A stretch of DNA of 64,000 nt from Planctomycetota bacterium (GTDB lineage Bacteria; Planctomycetota; B15-G4), in assembly GCA_965248575.1 (NCBI GenBank), contig CBDFJQ010000002.1, positions 4,352,001 through 4,416,000 on the forward strand. The letters are read 5' to 3'. Positions 29,416-38,455 of the stretch are shown one piece after another. Made by a program: the position numbers and the translations under genes. The notes beneath the pieces are model-generated. The model was not told the DNA's origin, ran no database searches, and saw nothing but the letters and a program-made list of their open reading frames with translations. The first letter of the stretch is position 1. The number at the start of each line of letters is the position of its first letter.

Positions 29416-29588
29416 GGTCGATGCGTGTCCTGATTCCGGGCGTGAGTGTTGATGGGGCGCCCACGAGCCCGCCACGCCCTCAGGACCCTGCTAGGATCGC
29501 TTCTTCGTAGCTGCGTGCCGCGCGCCCATCCTCTCCCGCTCAGTCCTCACTCAGCACCCCCTAAGCCCCCCCCCTAAGCCGAGGTCCC

Positions 29589-31436
29589 ATGCGTCCACCC
29601 CTCGTCGTCCTGGCCCTCCTGCTGCTCACCGGTCTCGCTGTCCCCGCCTCCGCTGGCGGCCTCGGCGTGCTCTCCGTCGACCCGCCCAGGCACAGCACCG
29701 CCGCGCCCACTGCTGCTGTGATCAGCGTCGTGTTCGATGCGGCCGTCGATCCCGCCACAGTCAGCGCCGACTCGATGCGCGTCTACGCGCGCTGGTCCGG
29801 CCCCGTGCCGGGCACGCGCACGCTCGACCCGTCCGGCACCGTGCTCAGCTTCCAGCCGTCGCGCCCGTTTTTCCCAGGTGAAATGGTCACGGTGCGGCTG
29901 TCCGCCACCATCGCGGGCACCGTTGCCGGGGCGCTTGCCGGCGGCCACCAGTGGCAGTTCTGGACGCGCTCCGCGGAGGGGACAGGCGCCTTCGTGCTCG
30001 ATGACGTGTTGCCGACCAAGCTCTCGGGTGAGGGCTTCATCCAGTCCTACGGCCTCTTCGCGGGCGACCTCGACGGTGACGGCGCTCCGGACTTCGCCGT
30101 GCCCAACGAGATCTCCAACGACGTGCGCATCTTCATGAACGACGGCTGCGCGACCTTCACAGCACCGGCGCTGAACCCCCTGGGAACCTTCTTCACGCCG
30201 TCCTCCAACGAAGGCGAGGACTATGACCTCGACGGCCTGGTGGACTTCGCCGTCGCGAACATCAACGGCGACAGCACGAGCGTTCTCATCGGCAACGGCG
30301 ACGGGAGCTTCCAGCCCGCCGTGACCTATCCCAGCGGCGACGGCGCGCGGGCGCTCGTGGCCATGGATGTCGAGGGCGACGGCGACGTGGACCTGGTCAT
30401 CGCTCACCGAAACGATTCGACGCTGGGGCTGCATCGCAACAACGGTGACGGCACCTTTGCGCCCGTGGCTCTCTTCAACGGCGGCGTGGCAGGCGAGACC
30501 GCTGCGAGCACAGCTGATGCGGACAACGACGGCCACATGGACCTCTTCGTGGCGGGCTATGGTTCGAGCCAGGTCCGGGCGCTGCTCAACGACGGCACGG
30601 GGGCGTTCACGCCAGCGGGTGTCAGCAACACCGGGCTCAATCCGTGGATGACCGCAACGGGTGACATCGACAATGACGGCGACGTGGATGTCGCGACCTG
30701 CAACGCGACGGGCGACAACGCGTCCGTGGTGCGTGGCGACGGCGCCGGTGGCCTGGGCACCGCGACGAACCTCCCCCTCGGCAACTTCTGCCTCGCCATC
30801 GACCTCGGTGACATCGACGGTGACGGTGACCTCGATCTCGTGGGCAGTTCGTTCAGCGACGAGGTCTGGACCTGCTGGCGCAACGACGGTGCTGGCAACT
30901 ACGGCAATGTGTTCACGCTGCCCGCCACGAACGCCGCCTCCTGTGCCACCATCGTCGACTACGACCGCGATGGCTTCGTGGACATCGTCGGCGTCGACGA
31001 ACTGGATGACCTGCTCTTCCTCTTCCGCCAGGAGAGCCTCCCGCCCGACGGTGTCCAGGCTCCCCGCTGTGGCGCGACGCTGCGCATCGACAACCTGGCG
31101 AACCGGGGCGGCTTCGGCCTCCAGCCACCGCACCTGCTGACCCCTGGCGGCACGGTCTTCGTGGGCGTCACCGCCGCGCCGTCCAGCGGCTTCTGGCTCA
31201 CCGCCGGCGTGCCGCTCGCGCCGGGGCTCGCCACGGCCTACGGCACCTACAATCTCGCGACGCTGCCGCCGATCGTCCTGGGCGGTGCCTTCACGGACGG
31301 GAACGGCGAGGCGACCCTGCCGCTCGTCGTGCCCACCGATGTGCCCACCGGCGTCGACGTGGCGCTGCAGGCATTCGTCGTCGTGCCGGGCGGCTACCGC
31401 CTGACGAATGCCGAGGTGGTGCGCGCCGTACCGTAA
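29589..31436 (+). CDS. Secreted Ig-like (Big_5-type) plus FG-GAP/VCBS repeat protein
   Basis: Signal peptide, ISVVFDAAVDPATV, about seven D[LVI]DGDG-type repeats, C-terminal ...VALQAF...LTNA. Confidence 0.88.
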   Translation: MRPPLVVLALLLLTGLAVPASAGGLGVLSVDPPRHSTAAPTAAVISVVFDAAVDPATVSADSMRVYARWSGPVPGTRTLDPSGTVLSFQPSRPFFPGEMVTVRLSATIAGTVAGALAGGHQWQFWTRSAEGTGAFVLDDVLPTKLSGEGFIQSYGLFAGDLDGDGAPDFAVPNEISNDVRIFMNDGCATFTAPALNPLGTFFTPSSNEGEDYDLDGLVDFAVANINGDSTSVLIGNGDGSFQPAVTYPSGDGARALVAMDVEGDGDVDLVIAHRNDSTLGLHRNNGDGTFAPVALFNGGVAGETAASTADADNDGHMDLFVAGYGSSQVRALLNDGTGAFTPAGVSNTGLNPWMTATGDIDNDGDVDVATCNATGDNASVVRGDGAGGLGTATNLPLGNFCLAIDLGDIDGDGDLDLVGSSFSDEVWTCWRNDGAGNYGNVFTLPATNAASCATIVDYDRDGFVDIVGVDELDDLLFLFRQESLPPDGVQAPRCGATLRIDNLANRGGFGLQPPHLLTPGGTVFVGVTAAPSSGFWLTAGVPLAPGLATAYGTYNLATLPPIVLGGAFTDGNGEATLPLVVPTDVPTGVDVALQAFVVVPGGYRLTNAEVVRAVP

Positions 31437-31556
31437 GGGCGACCGACCTCCGGGCGACGGGCTTCGCTACCATCGCGGCATGATTCCTCCCACCATTCGC
31501 TTCGTGGAGCCGGCGTGGTCGCGAGCCGGGGGGACCTTTCCTGCCGGAGCACGTCC

Positions 31557-32654
31557 ATGGCTATTGTCGCACCTTACGCACCGAACGCTCGCCGCCCGCG
31601 GTGGATCGCGACGCTGGCCGTCGCCATGCTCTCGGCCTGCTCTGGAATCGAGTCGTCGACAACCTCTGCACCGGAGCGTGGGAGTCCAAAGGGCGTCACA
31701 GGACTGGCCGCGGGACTTGTGCCCGACGCCGACCCGCTGATCACGGCCGGCCGGACGGCCACGCGCCGCTTCTTCGAGGGCGAGGACGACGCGCTCTGGG
31801 AGGCCTTCACGCCAGACACGCGTAAGCTGCTTGGCGGACAGCAGGTGATGCTCTCGGTCTTCCGCCTCCAGGTCGAGTCGGAGCTGGGCGCGGAGGTGGA
31901 GGTTCTGAGGGAGGAGCTCGTCGAGCAAGGCGAGCAGACCCTCTACGTGCGCACGTCGCGCTTCGAGGACTTCGAGCAGCATTGCCAGGTCGTGTTCGCG
32001 ATCGACGCCGAGGGTGCCCTTACGGGGTTCAGCATCCAGCCTGAGAACACGGAGGCGCCGAGCGGCTACCTCGACTACCGCACGAAGACGGAGCTGCACC
32101 TGCCCTTCGAGGGCGAGTGGGACGTGTTCTGGGGCGGTCGCACGCTCGACGTGAACTACCACACCAAGTACCCGGACCAGCGCTTTGCCTACGACCTGCT
32201 CATCATGCGTGACGGCGTGTCGCACACGGGCGACGGCACGTCCCTTGAGGACTACCACTGCTGGGGGCTGCGCGTGCTCGCGCCGGGGCGGGGCCGGGTG
32301 CACGCCGCGGGGGACGGCCACGACGACAACGTCCCGGGCAAAATGGACCCTGAGCACCCGCTGGGTAACCACGTGATCCTCGACCACGGCAACGGCGAGT
32401 ACTCGTTTCTCGCGCACCTGCAGAAGGGCTCGGTGGCCGTGGAGGTCGGCGACGAGGTGGAGGTGGGCACGTTCCTCGGGCTATGCGGCAACAGTGGCAA
32501 CACCTCCGAGCCGCACATCCACTACCACCTGCAGGACACACCGACCTTCGGCAAGGGGCGGGGCATGCCGGCGCAGTTCGTGGACTACGTGGCGGATGGC
32601 GAGCCCGTCGAGCGCGGCGAGCCGGTGAAGCCGCAGGTCATCCGGAACCGGTGA
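31557..32654 (+). CDS. M23 family metallopeptidase, probable lipoprotein
   Basis: Lipobox LSAC, NYH...QRFAYD, LGNHVILDHG..EYSFLAHL..GS, GNSGNTSEPHIHYHLQ. Confidence 0.9.
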   Translation: MAIVAPYAPNARRPRWIATLAVAMLSACSGIESSTTSAPERGSPKGVTGLAAGLVPDADPLITAGRTATRRFFEGEDDALWEAFTPDTRKLLGGQQVMLSVFRLQVESELGAEVEVLREELVEQGEQTLYVRTSRFEDFEQHCQVVFAIDAEGALTGFSIQPENTEAPSGYLDYRTKTELHLPFEGEWDVFWGGRTLDVNYHTKYPDQRFAYDLLIMRDGVSHTGDGTSLEDYHCWGLRVLAPGRGRVHAAGDGHDDNVPGKMDPEHPLGNHVILDHGNGEYSFLAHLQKGSVAVEVGDEVEVGTFLGLCGNSGNTSEPHIHYHLQDTPTFGKGRGMPAQFVDYVADGEPVERGEPVKPQVIRNR

Positions 32655-32823
32655 GCGGGGGCGGGCGACCGGTGGCGGTCGCAGAGGAGTCCCGTTCCGC
32701 GCTGGGTGGGGGAGGTCCGTAACTCGCGGGGCTTTGTATCGCCTCTGCTCCAGGCCGCTCCAAGAGCTGTCGCTGCATCTCACGTCATCAGACGGCAAGA
32801 CGTGCCCGCCGCTAGCGTCGGCG

Positions 32824-34128
32824 TCAGTTCCGATCGTGCACGAAGACATCGAGCACGTTGTTCGTGTCCCCAGGCACCAGGTTCGACGCGAACGAGCCGA
32901 AGGCAACGTGGCGGCCGTCGGCGGAAATCGAGGCCAATCTGCTCCACCCGTCTGCTGGAGCGCCGGCGGAGTCCACGGACACCCGGGTCGTCGCCCCCCT
33001 CTTCCGGTCGCGCACGAAGATGTCGCTTTCGCCGTTCGTGTCCCCGGGCACCAGGTTGGACGCGACTGACGTGAGGGCCACGAAACGGCCGTTGGCTGAG
33101 ATCGAGGGGTCCGCGAAGCTGGACCCGTCCGCTTGCTCGCCGGCGGAGTTCACCGACACCCGGGTCGTTGTCCCCGTCCTGAGGTCGTGCGCGAAGATGT
33201 CAAACTCGCCGTTCGTATCCCCGGAGACCAGGTTCGACGCGCTCGACCCGTAGACCACGACCCCGCCATTGGCAGCGATCGAAGGGAAGCGGCTGGAGGC
33301 GTCTGCTTGCGCTCCGTCGGAGGCCACTGACACCCGCGTCGTCGTCCCAGTCTTCACGTGGTGCACGAAAATGTCCTGCTCCTGGTTGGTGTCCCCGGGA
33401 ACCAGGTTTGACGAACTCGACGAAAAGGCCAACAAGCGACCGTCGCGGGAGATCGAGGGGAGATAGCTCGTGGAGTCCCCCTGCGCGCCGGCGGAATTCA
33501 CGGACACCCGCGTCGTCGTCCGCGTCCTTACGTCATGCACGAAGATATCGTTTTCGCCGTTCGTGTCGTCGAGGACCAAATTCGACGCGTTCGAGTGGAA
33601 GGCGACGAATCGACCGTTGGCGGAGATCGAGGGGGCCTTGCTGGAGCCGATTCCCTGCGCACCGTCGGAGGCCACCGACACCCGGATTGTCGCCCCCGTT
33701 TTCCGGTCGTGCAGGAAGACGTCCGGCGAAGCGTTGGTATCGCCGGGGACCAGGTTCGACGCGAAGGAGTCGAAGGCAACGAGCCGGCCGTCGGCGGAAA
33801 TCGAAGGGTCGAAGCTGTTGTCGTTTGCCTGCGCACCGGCGGAGTCCAGCGACACCCGGTTCACGGTTCCCGTTCTCAAGTCATGCACGAAGAGATCCTT
33901 CACGCCGTTCGTGTCTCCCGGAACCATGTTCGAGGCGCTCGACTCGAACGCCACGAAACGGCCGTTGGCGGAGGTCGAGGGCCAGACGCTTTCTCCATCT
34001 CCTTGCGCACCGACGACGCCCTGAGACACAAGCGTGGTCTCGCCTCCCAGCGCGTAGGGCGCGCTGATGAACAACAGTGCGATGGTTGTGGCCAGGCGCG
34101 TCGACTTGATCCCACGAATGTGGTGCAT
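32824..34128 (-). CDS. Secreted TolB-like/PD40 beta-propeller, seven ~58-aa repeats
   Basis: Repeat unit RVSVxSxGAQxxxxSxxPSISAxGRxVAFxSxASNLVPGDTNxxxDIFVHD; RBS GGAGG before ATG 34128. Confidence 0.9.
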   Translation of the reverse strand: MHHIRGIKSTRLATTIALLFISAPYALGGETTLVSQGVVGAQGDGESVWPSTSANGRFVAFESSASNMVPGDTNGVKDLFVHDLRTGTVNRVSLDSAGAQANDNSFDPSISADGRLVAFDSFASNLVPGDTNASPDVFLHDRKTGATIRVSVASDGAQGIGSSKAPSISANGRFVAFHSNASNLVLDDTNGENDIFVHDVRTRTTTRVSVNSAGAQGDSTSYLPSISRDGRLLAFSSSSSNLVPGDTNQEQDIFVHHVKTGTTTRVSVASDGAQADASSRFPSIAANGGVVVYGSSASNLVSGDTNGEFDIFAHDLRTGTTTRVSVNSAGEQADGSSFADPSISANGRFVALTSVASNLVPGDTNGESDIFVRDRKRGATTRVSVDSAGAPADGWSRLASISADGRHVAFGSFASNLVPGDTNNVLDVFVHDRN

Positions 34129-34609
34129 GCTGCCTCCTGATGGACTGCTGGCGGGCTCGACGCCACCCAAGGGACTTCGCAGGGTGCGTGCCCGACGCTC
34201 GGCGCCGCGCGTCGACACAGAGAGCATATCAGTCGATCACGATGCCGAGGTCGTTGCTCCGCGGCGACAGCTCGAGGTGGCAGTGTGGTCCGCACGGCGG
34301 TGGCGAGGTCGCTCAGGCGCCGTGAGCCGCGAGGGCCGACGTTCCCGGAACTCGGGGCTCTCCAGCAGAGAAGTCGTGCGCGACTTCTCTGCTGGGTTCC
34401 GGATGGAGCAGACGAAGTCCGAACTCCCCTTAGAGCCCCAAGCCATGATGCTCCAGAACTCCCTGCGCCTTGCTGCCGTCTTCGGCCAAGCGCCGTCCTG
34501 TCCGCAGGCCTCGGCGAGTATTCCAGCGATGCCTACTGACGCACCCGGCGCGTCCCCCAACAGAAGACGCCAGTCTGATCGACATTGACCGGACCGGCGC
34601 AGGGTGCCT

Positions 34610-34714
34610 GGGGAAGCCCCGGATGGCGTTGCTCAGCACCAGCCCGTCGGCTGTCTTGATGTGCTGGCTGATGAGCTGGATGAACACGTCGGTGTCGTCG
34701 GGGAGACCTGCCAC
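34610..34714 (-). pseudogene. Orphan remnant of the conserved C-terminal domain
   Basis: AGLPDDTDVFIQ...TADGLVLSNAIRG matches the CTD tail WPxGxPxGxxxxxQ...GxxLSNxx; it lies out of frame just after the stop of the upstream gene. Confidence 0.5.
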
Positions 34715-34725
34715 ACCGGCGCGGC

Positions 34726-35766
34726 TCAGTCGATGTTCGACTTCGGGAACACGTTGTTGATGAACGTGTTGTCCTCTTCGTCCACGAGCGACCGCAGGTC
34801 GAGTTGCGCGCTGTCCTTGGCCCGGTTGCGGATGAGCGTGTTGCCTCCGCTGGCGAGGCGGACGCCGTCGTCCTGGGCCCGGAGGACGCGGTTCTTCTTG
34901 AACAGCGACCCGAACGAGTCGTCGATGGACAGGCCATCGTCGCCGCAGTCCTCGAGGCGGTTGGCGATGACGAGGCAGGCATCCGCTTCAACGTCAATGC
35001 CATCGCCGCCGATGTCGGACAGCCTGTTCTTCTGAATCAGGTGGACCGAGCCGACCATGATGATTCCGTCCTCGAGGGTGTTCGAGATCTTGTTGCGGAG
35101 CACGTCGTTGGCTGAGCCGGTGAGGGAGATGCCCTTCACGCCGCCTGTGACCTTGTTCCGGATGAGGGCGTTGTCGGAGCCGAAGACCAGGATCCCGGAA
35201 GCTCCAGAACCGCTGATCTTGTTCTTCTGCAGCCTGGCGCCGTCGGTGTCCAGCCCGGGGTCCAGCGGGTCGCCGAGCAGGATGCCGGAGCCGGCGCTGT
35301 CGTGGATCGTGTTCTTCGTGATCTGGACATCCACGCTGCTCCTCACCTCGATCCCGTGACCGCTGCTCCCCGCGATGTCACAGCGCTTGATGGCCACGTC
35401 GGTGCAGCCGTGGACAGTCACGGCCGCGACGGGGCCGGCGTTGCTGAAGTGGAGCCGCTTGAGCGTGATGTCCGTGGAATTCACCACCAGGAGCCGCGCC
35501 GCAGCGGGAACCTCGGGCGACCCCGTCTGGCCGATCAGATGGTCCTTCTTGCCCACCAGCTTCAGGCCGTTCTTGCCGTCGATGAGGAGGTCCGCCTCGT
35601 AGGTGCCGGCGCCGATGAGCACGGTGTCCCCATCCTGGGACGCGTCGATCGCGGCCTGGATGTCCGGGTGGTCCTGGGGCACTCGCAGGACGTCCGCCCG
35701 CGTGACGGCGGGAAGCAGGAGCACCAGCAGGGTGGCGCAGAGCAGGGTTTGAGCGTGGTGTCGCAT
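34726..35766 (-). CDS. Secreted right-handed parallel beta-helix (NosD/pectin-lyase-like) protein
   Basis: ADVLRVPQDHPDIQAAIDASQDGDTVLIGAGTY, then GI.l.gs.N.i..N.i repeats. Confidence 0.88.
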   Translation of the reverse strand: MRHHAQTLLCATLLVLLLPAVTRADVLRVPQDHPDIQAAIDASQDGDTVLIGAGTYEADLLIDGKNGLKLVGKKDHLIGQTGSPEVPAAARLLVVNSTDITLKRLHFSNAGPVAAVTVHGCTDVAIKRCDIAGSSGHGIEVRSSVDVQITKNTIHDSAGSGILLGDPLDPGLDTDGARLQKNKISGSGASGILVFGSDNALIRNKVTGGVKGISLTGSANDVLRNKISNTLEDGIIMVGSVHLIQKNRLSDIGGDGIDVEADACLVIANRLEDCGDDGLSIDDSFGSLFKKNRVLRAQDDGVRLASGGNTLIRNRAKDSAQLDLRSLVDEEDNTFINNVFPKSNID

Positions 35767-36629
35767 GGCGGGTTCCTTCCAACGGACTGTTCACGGTCCA
35801 CGTGGCGGTTGTCGCCCCCAGGAACGCGGTTCAGGAGGGGATACGCCAACGGCCGGCCGGGCCCTTCGCCGGGCTCCAGATTTCTTGGTGAGCCCCGTTC
35901 GTGGACTCAATCTCTCTGCGCTGTCCGGCGGCACGCGCAGCGCGTCTTGCACGTCGCTCATGTCCACCTGCTCCAGGCCGTGTCGGCAGTCGCCGGACGT
36001 ACCGACCCCTTCGCCGCTACGGGGGACCCCGACGTCGGCCGAATCACAGAACCTTTGATAATCGAGACCGACATCCGCCAGGAGCTGGGGGATCGAGGGG
36101 TCGAGGATCCCGCACGCGCAGAACAGCGACGTCCGCGACACGATTCCACGCGGCGAAAGGGAGCTATCGCCTGCCGACCGGAATCTCTGGATCTCCCACG
36201 CGACCTCAACGATTCTCACAAACTCGGGAGTCATCGACAGATCAAGTTCGCGAAACTTGGCGCCCAGCGGCTGAAATCCACTGTCCACGCGGTCCCTCCT
36301 TCCCGTGATCGGTTGCAGCGAACGCCGACTCGACCGTCGTTTCCCTCTCTACCGTTTGGCGTGCCCGAGCATCGAATCGTGCCTCGCCGTTGGGCGTGGC
36401 ATCGCGGACCGCGGCCCCATTGAACGCGGTCACGTACAAGCTGTCGTCCGCGTCGAGCTTGAGCGCTCGCTGGTCGCAAGACCCACCGGCGAGCAGCACC
36501 GTCCCATCGGCGAACTCCGACCAAAAGCGTATGGCGCTCCGGTGCGGGACGGCTCACGCTGAAACTGCGGGCGGGGCCTCCCACGGGGTCGCCCGGCCTG
36601 CTCCGTTGATCCGCATTGGAGTGAGTTCC

Positions 36630-38315
36630 ATGACATCCATGCTCAAACACCTGGTCGCGGTGGGCATCGTGGCGGCGGTCGGCGCGAGCCCGGTCCTCCA
36701 CGCCCAGTGCACGCTCGCGCGGGTCACCAAGCCCGTGAGCACCGGCCCCGTTGCCGGTGAGGGCCAGTTCGGGAGGACCGTCGCCCTCCACGCTGACGTC
36801 CTCGCGGTGGCCGATCTGGTCCCGGGCGAATCGGGGGCGGTGCACGTGTTCGTGCGCAGCCCCAGGCCGCCGTTCACTTGGATGCACCGGGCGTCGTTCG
36901 CGCCGGACGATCTTCAGGCCGGCCAGGAGTTCGGCGCCGCGCTGGCGGTCCGGGATGGCACGGTCGTGATGGGCGCGCCGGCGCTGGATGGCCTGGCACC
37001 CGGGGCCGTCTACGTCTCCGAGCGGGACGACGGTGGAACGCCACTCAATCCCCTCGACGATACCTGGACCGCGCCTACGAAGCTGGACCCGCCGTCGACC
37101 ACAGCGGGCGGCACGCAGCTCTTCGGTCATGCCCTGGCCTGTTCAGGGCGCGACCTGTTCGTGTCGTCGGGAGGCGCGTCCTCCGACGGTCGGGTGGGTG
37201 TCTTCGTCCGCATGCCGGGCGCCGATCCCGCGGCGCCCATGGACGACACCTGGTCGCCGGTGCAGGCGCTGGTGCCCTCGGCATCCTCGTCGACCTTCGG
37301 TCTCGCCCTCGACGTGACCGACGACGGCGACCGACTGGTGGTGGGAGATCCCGCGGCGCCGACGGACGTCACGGGCCGCGTCGAAGTGTTCCACCGCTCC
37401 GGGGGCTCGTCGGCTCCCTGGGTGCGCGGCGCGCCGATGGAACTCGCCGCCGGGACGGACGGAGGCGGCCTCGGCCGCGCCGTGGCGTGGGCCGGCAACG
37501 ACCAGGTGTTCGCGTCGTCACCCTCCGCCGGCTACGACTTCGACGGTCGCGTGTTCGTCTTCGACCGGGAGGACGCCGGCACGCCCCTCGACGAGTCGGA
37601 CGACACCTGGAGCCTGGGGCAGACGCTCTCGGCGGACGACGGCTGGGTGTTCCAAGGCTTCGGCCAATCGCTCGACGTGGACGGCGATCACGCCGTGATC
37701 GGCGAGCCGTCCTTCGGCCTGCAGCCCCAATGGGGCGGGTCGGTCTGGGTGTACGAACGGTCGGGGGGCGTGTGGGCGAAGGGGCAGCGCTACCGCAGCC
37801 CGGATCATCAGGTGAAGGATGGCGTGGGCCTTGCGATCGCGGTCGCCGAGGGGATCGCGTACCTCGGCGCCCGGGGCGCACCCTACATCGACGACTGGGG
37901 GCCGGCGGAGGACGTCGTCTACACGCTGGACCTGGACTGCACCAGTCCGTGGTCGGTGATCGGCGCGGCACCGCTCGACCTCAGCACGCCGCGCCTCGCC
38001 GGATGGGGACGGCCCGCTCCAGGGTGGCCCGTGTCCCTGCGCCAGTACGACATCGGCGGTGACGACCTGACCACGGTCCTGATCGGCGGCTTCAGCCGGG
38101 TCGACATGCCCTTCCTCGGCGGGATCCTCTACCCGTCGCCGGACGTCCTCGTCACGGGCTTCGTCAGCGGCTCGTTCGGCGACCTGCTGGTCGAGGTGAG
38201 TTGGCCTCCGGGGCTGACCGACGTGGAGCTGGTGTTCCAGTCCTGGGTCCACTGGAACGGCTTCTTCCCCGACGCATGGCGAGGCTCCAACGGCATCCGG
38301 TTGACGGTGCCGTAG
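36630..38315 (+). CDS. Secreted FG-GAP_2 (integrin-like) repeat protein with conserved C-terminal domain
   Basis: FGRTVAL, FGAALAV, FGHALA, FGLALDV, FGQSLDV repeats with G.V.VF.R; ends FLGGILYPSPD...WPPG...FQSW...SNGIRLTVP. Confidence 0.85.
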   Translation: MTSMLKHLVAVGIVAAVGASPVLHAQCTLARVTKPVSTGPVAGEGQFGRTVALHADVLAVADLVPGESGAVHVFVRSPRPPFTWMHRASFAPDDLQAGQEFGAALAVRDGTVVMGAPALDGLAPGAVYVSERDDGGTPLNPLDDTWTAPTKLDPPSTTAGGTQLFGHALACSGRDLFVSSGGASSDGRVGVFVRMPGADPAAPMDDTWSPVQALVPSASSSTFGLALDVTDDGDRLVVGDPAAPTDVTGRVEVFHRSGGSSAPWVRGAPMELAAGTDGGGLGRAVAWAGNDQVFASSPSAGYDFDGRVFVFDREDAGTPLDESDDTWSLGQTLSADDGWVFQGFGQSLDVDGDHAVIGEPSFGLQPQWGGSVWVYERSGGVWAKGQRYRSPDHQVKDGVGLAIAVAEGIAYLGARGAPYIDDWGPAEDVVYTLDLDCTSPWSVIGAAPLDLSTPRLAGWGRPAPGWPVSLRQYDIGGDDLTTVLIGGFSRVDMPFLGGILYPSPDVLVTGFVSGSFGDLLVEVSWPPGLTDVELVFQSWVHWNGFFPDAWRGSNGIRLTVP

Positions 38316-38405
38316 TCTGCTGGCTCCATTCTGGAGGCTTGCCGTCGCGCCGAGTGTGGGCGAGCCAGGCACTCCGCGCGAGCTGGGCAAGCACGCGCTC
38401 GAGAA

Positions 38406-38436
38406 CTACACCCAGACCAGGAGCGTCTGGGTGTAG
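38406..38436. terminator. 12-bp perfect hairpin between convergent genes (possible bidirectional terminator)
   Basis: CTACACCCAGAC-caggagc-GTCTGGGTGTAG; no U-tract. Confidence 0.5.
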
Positions 38437-38455
38437 CTCTGAGCGCTGCGGGGGA

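Noticed and set aside
32824..34040. Regular ~174-bp repeats that could suggest a CRISPR or DNA tandem array
   Set aside because: They are in-frame protein propeller repeats with synonymous variation and no unique spacers
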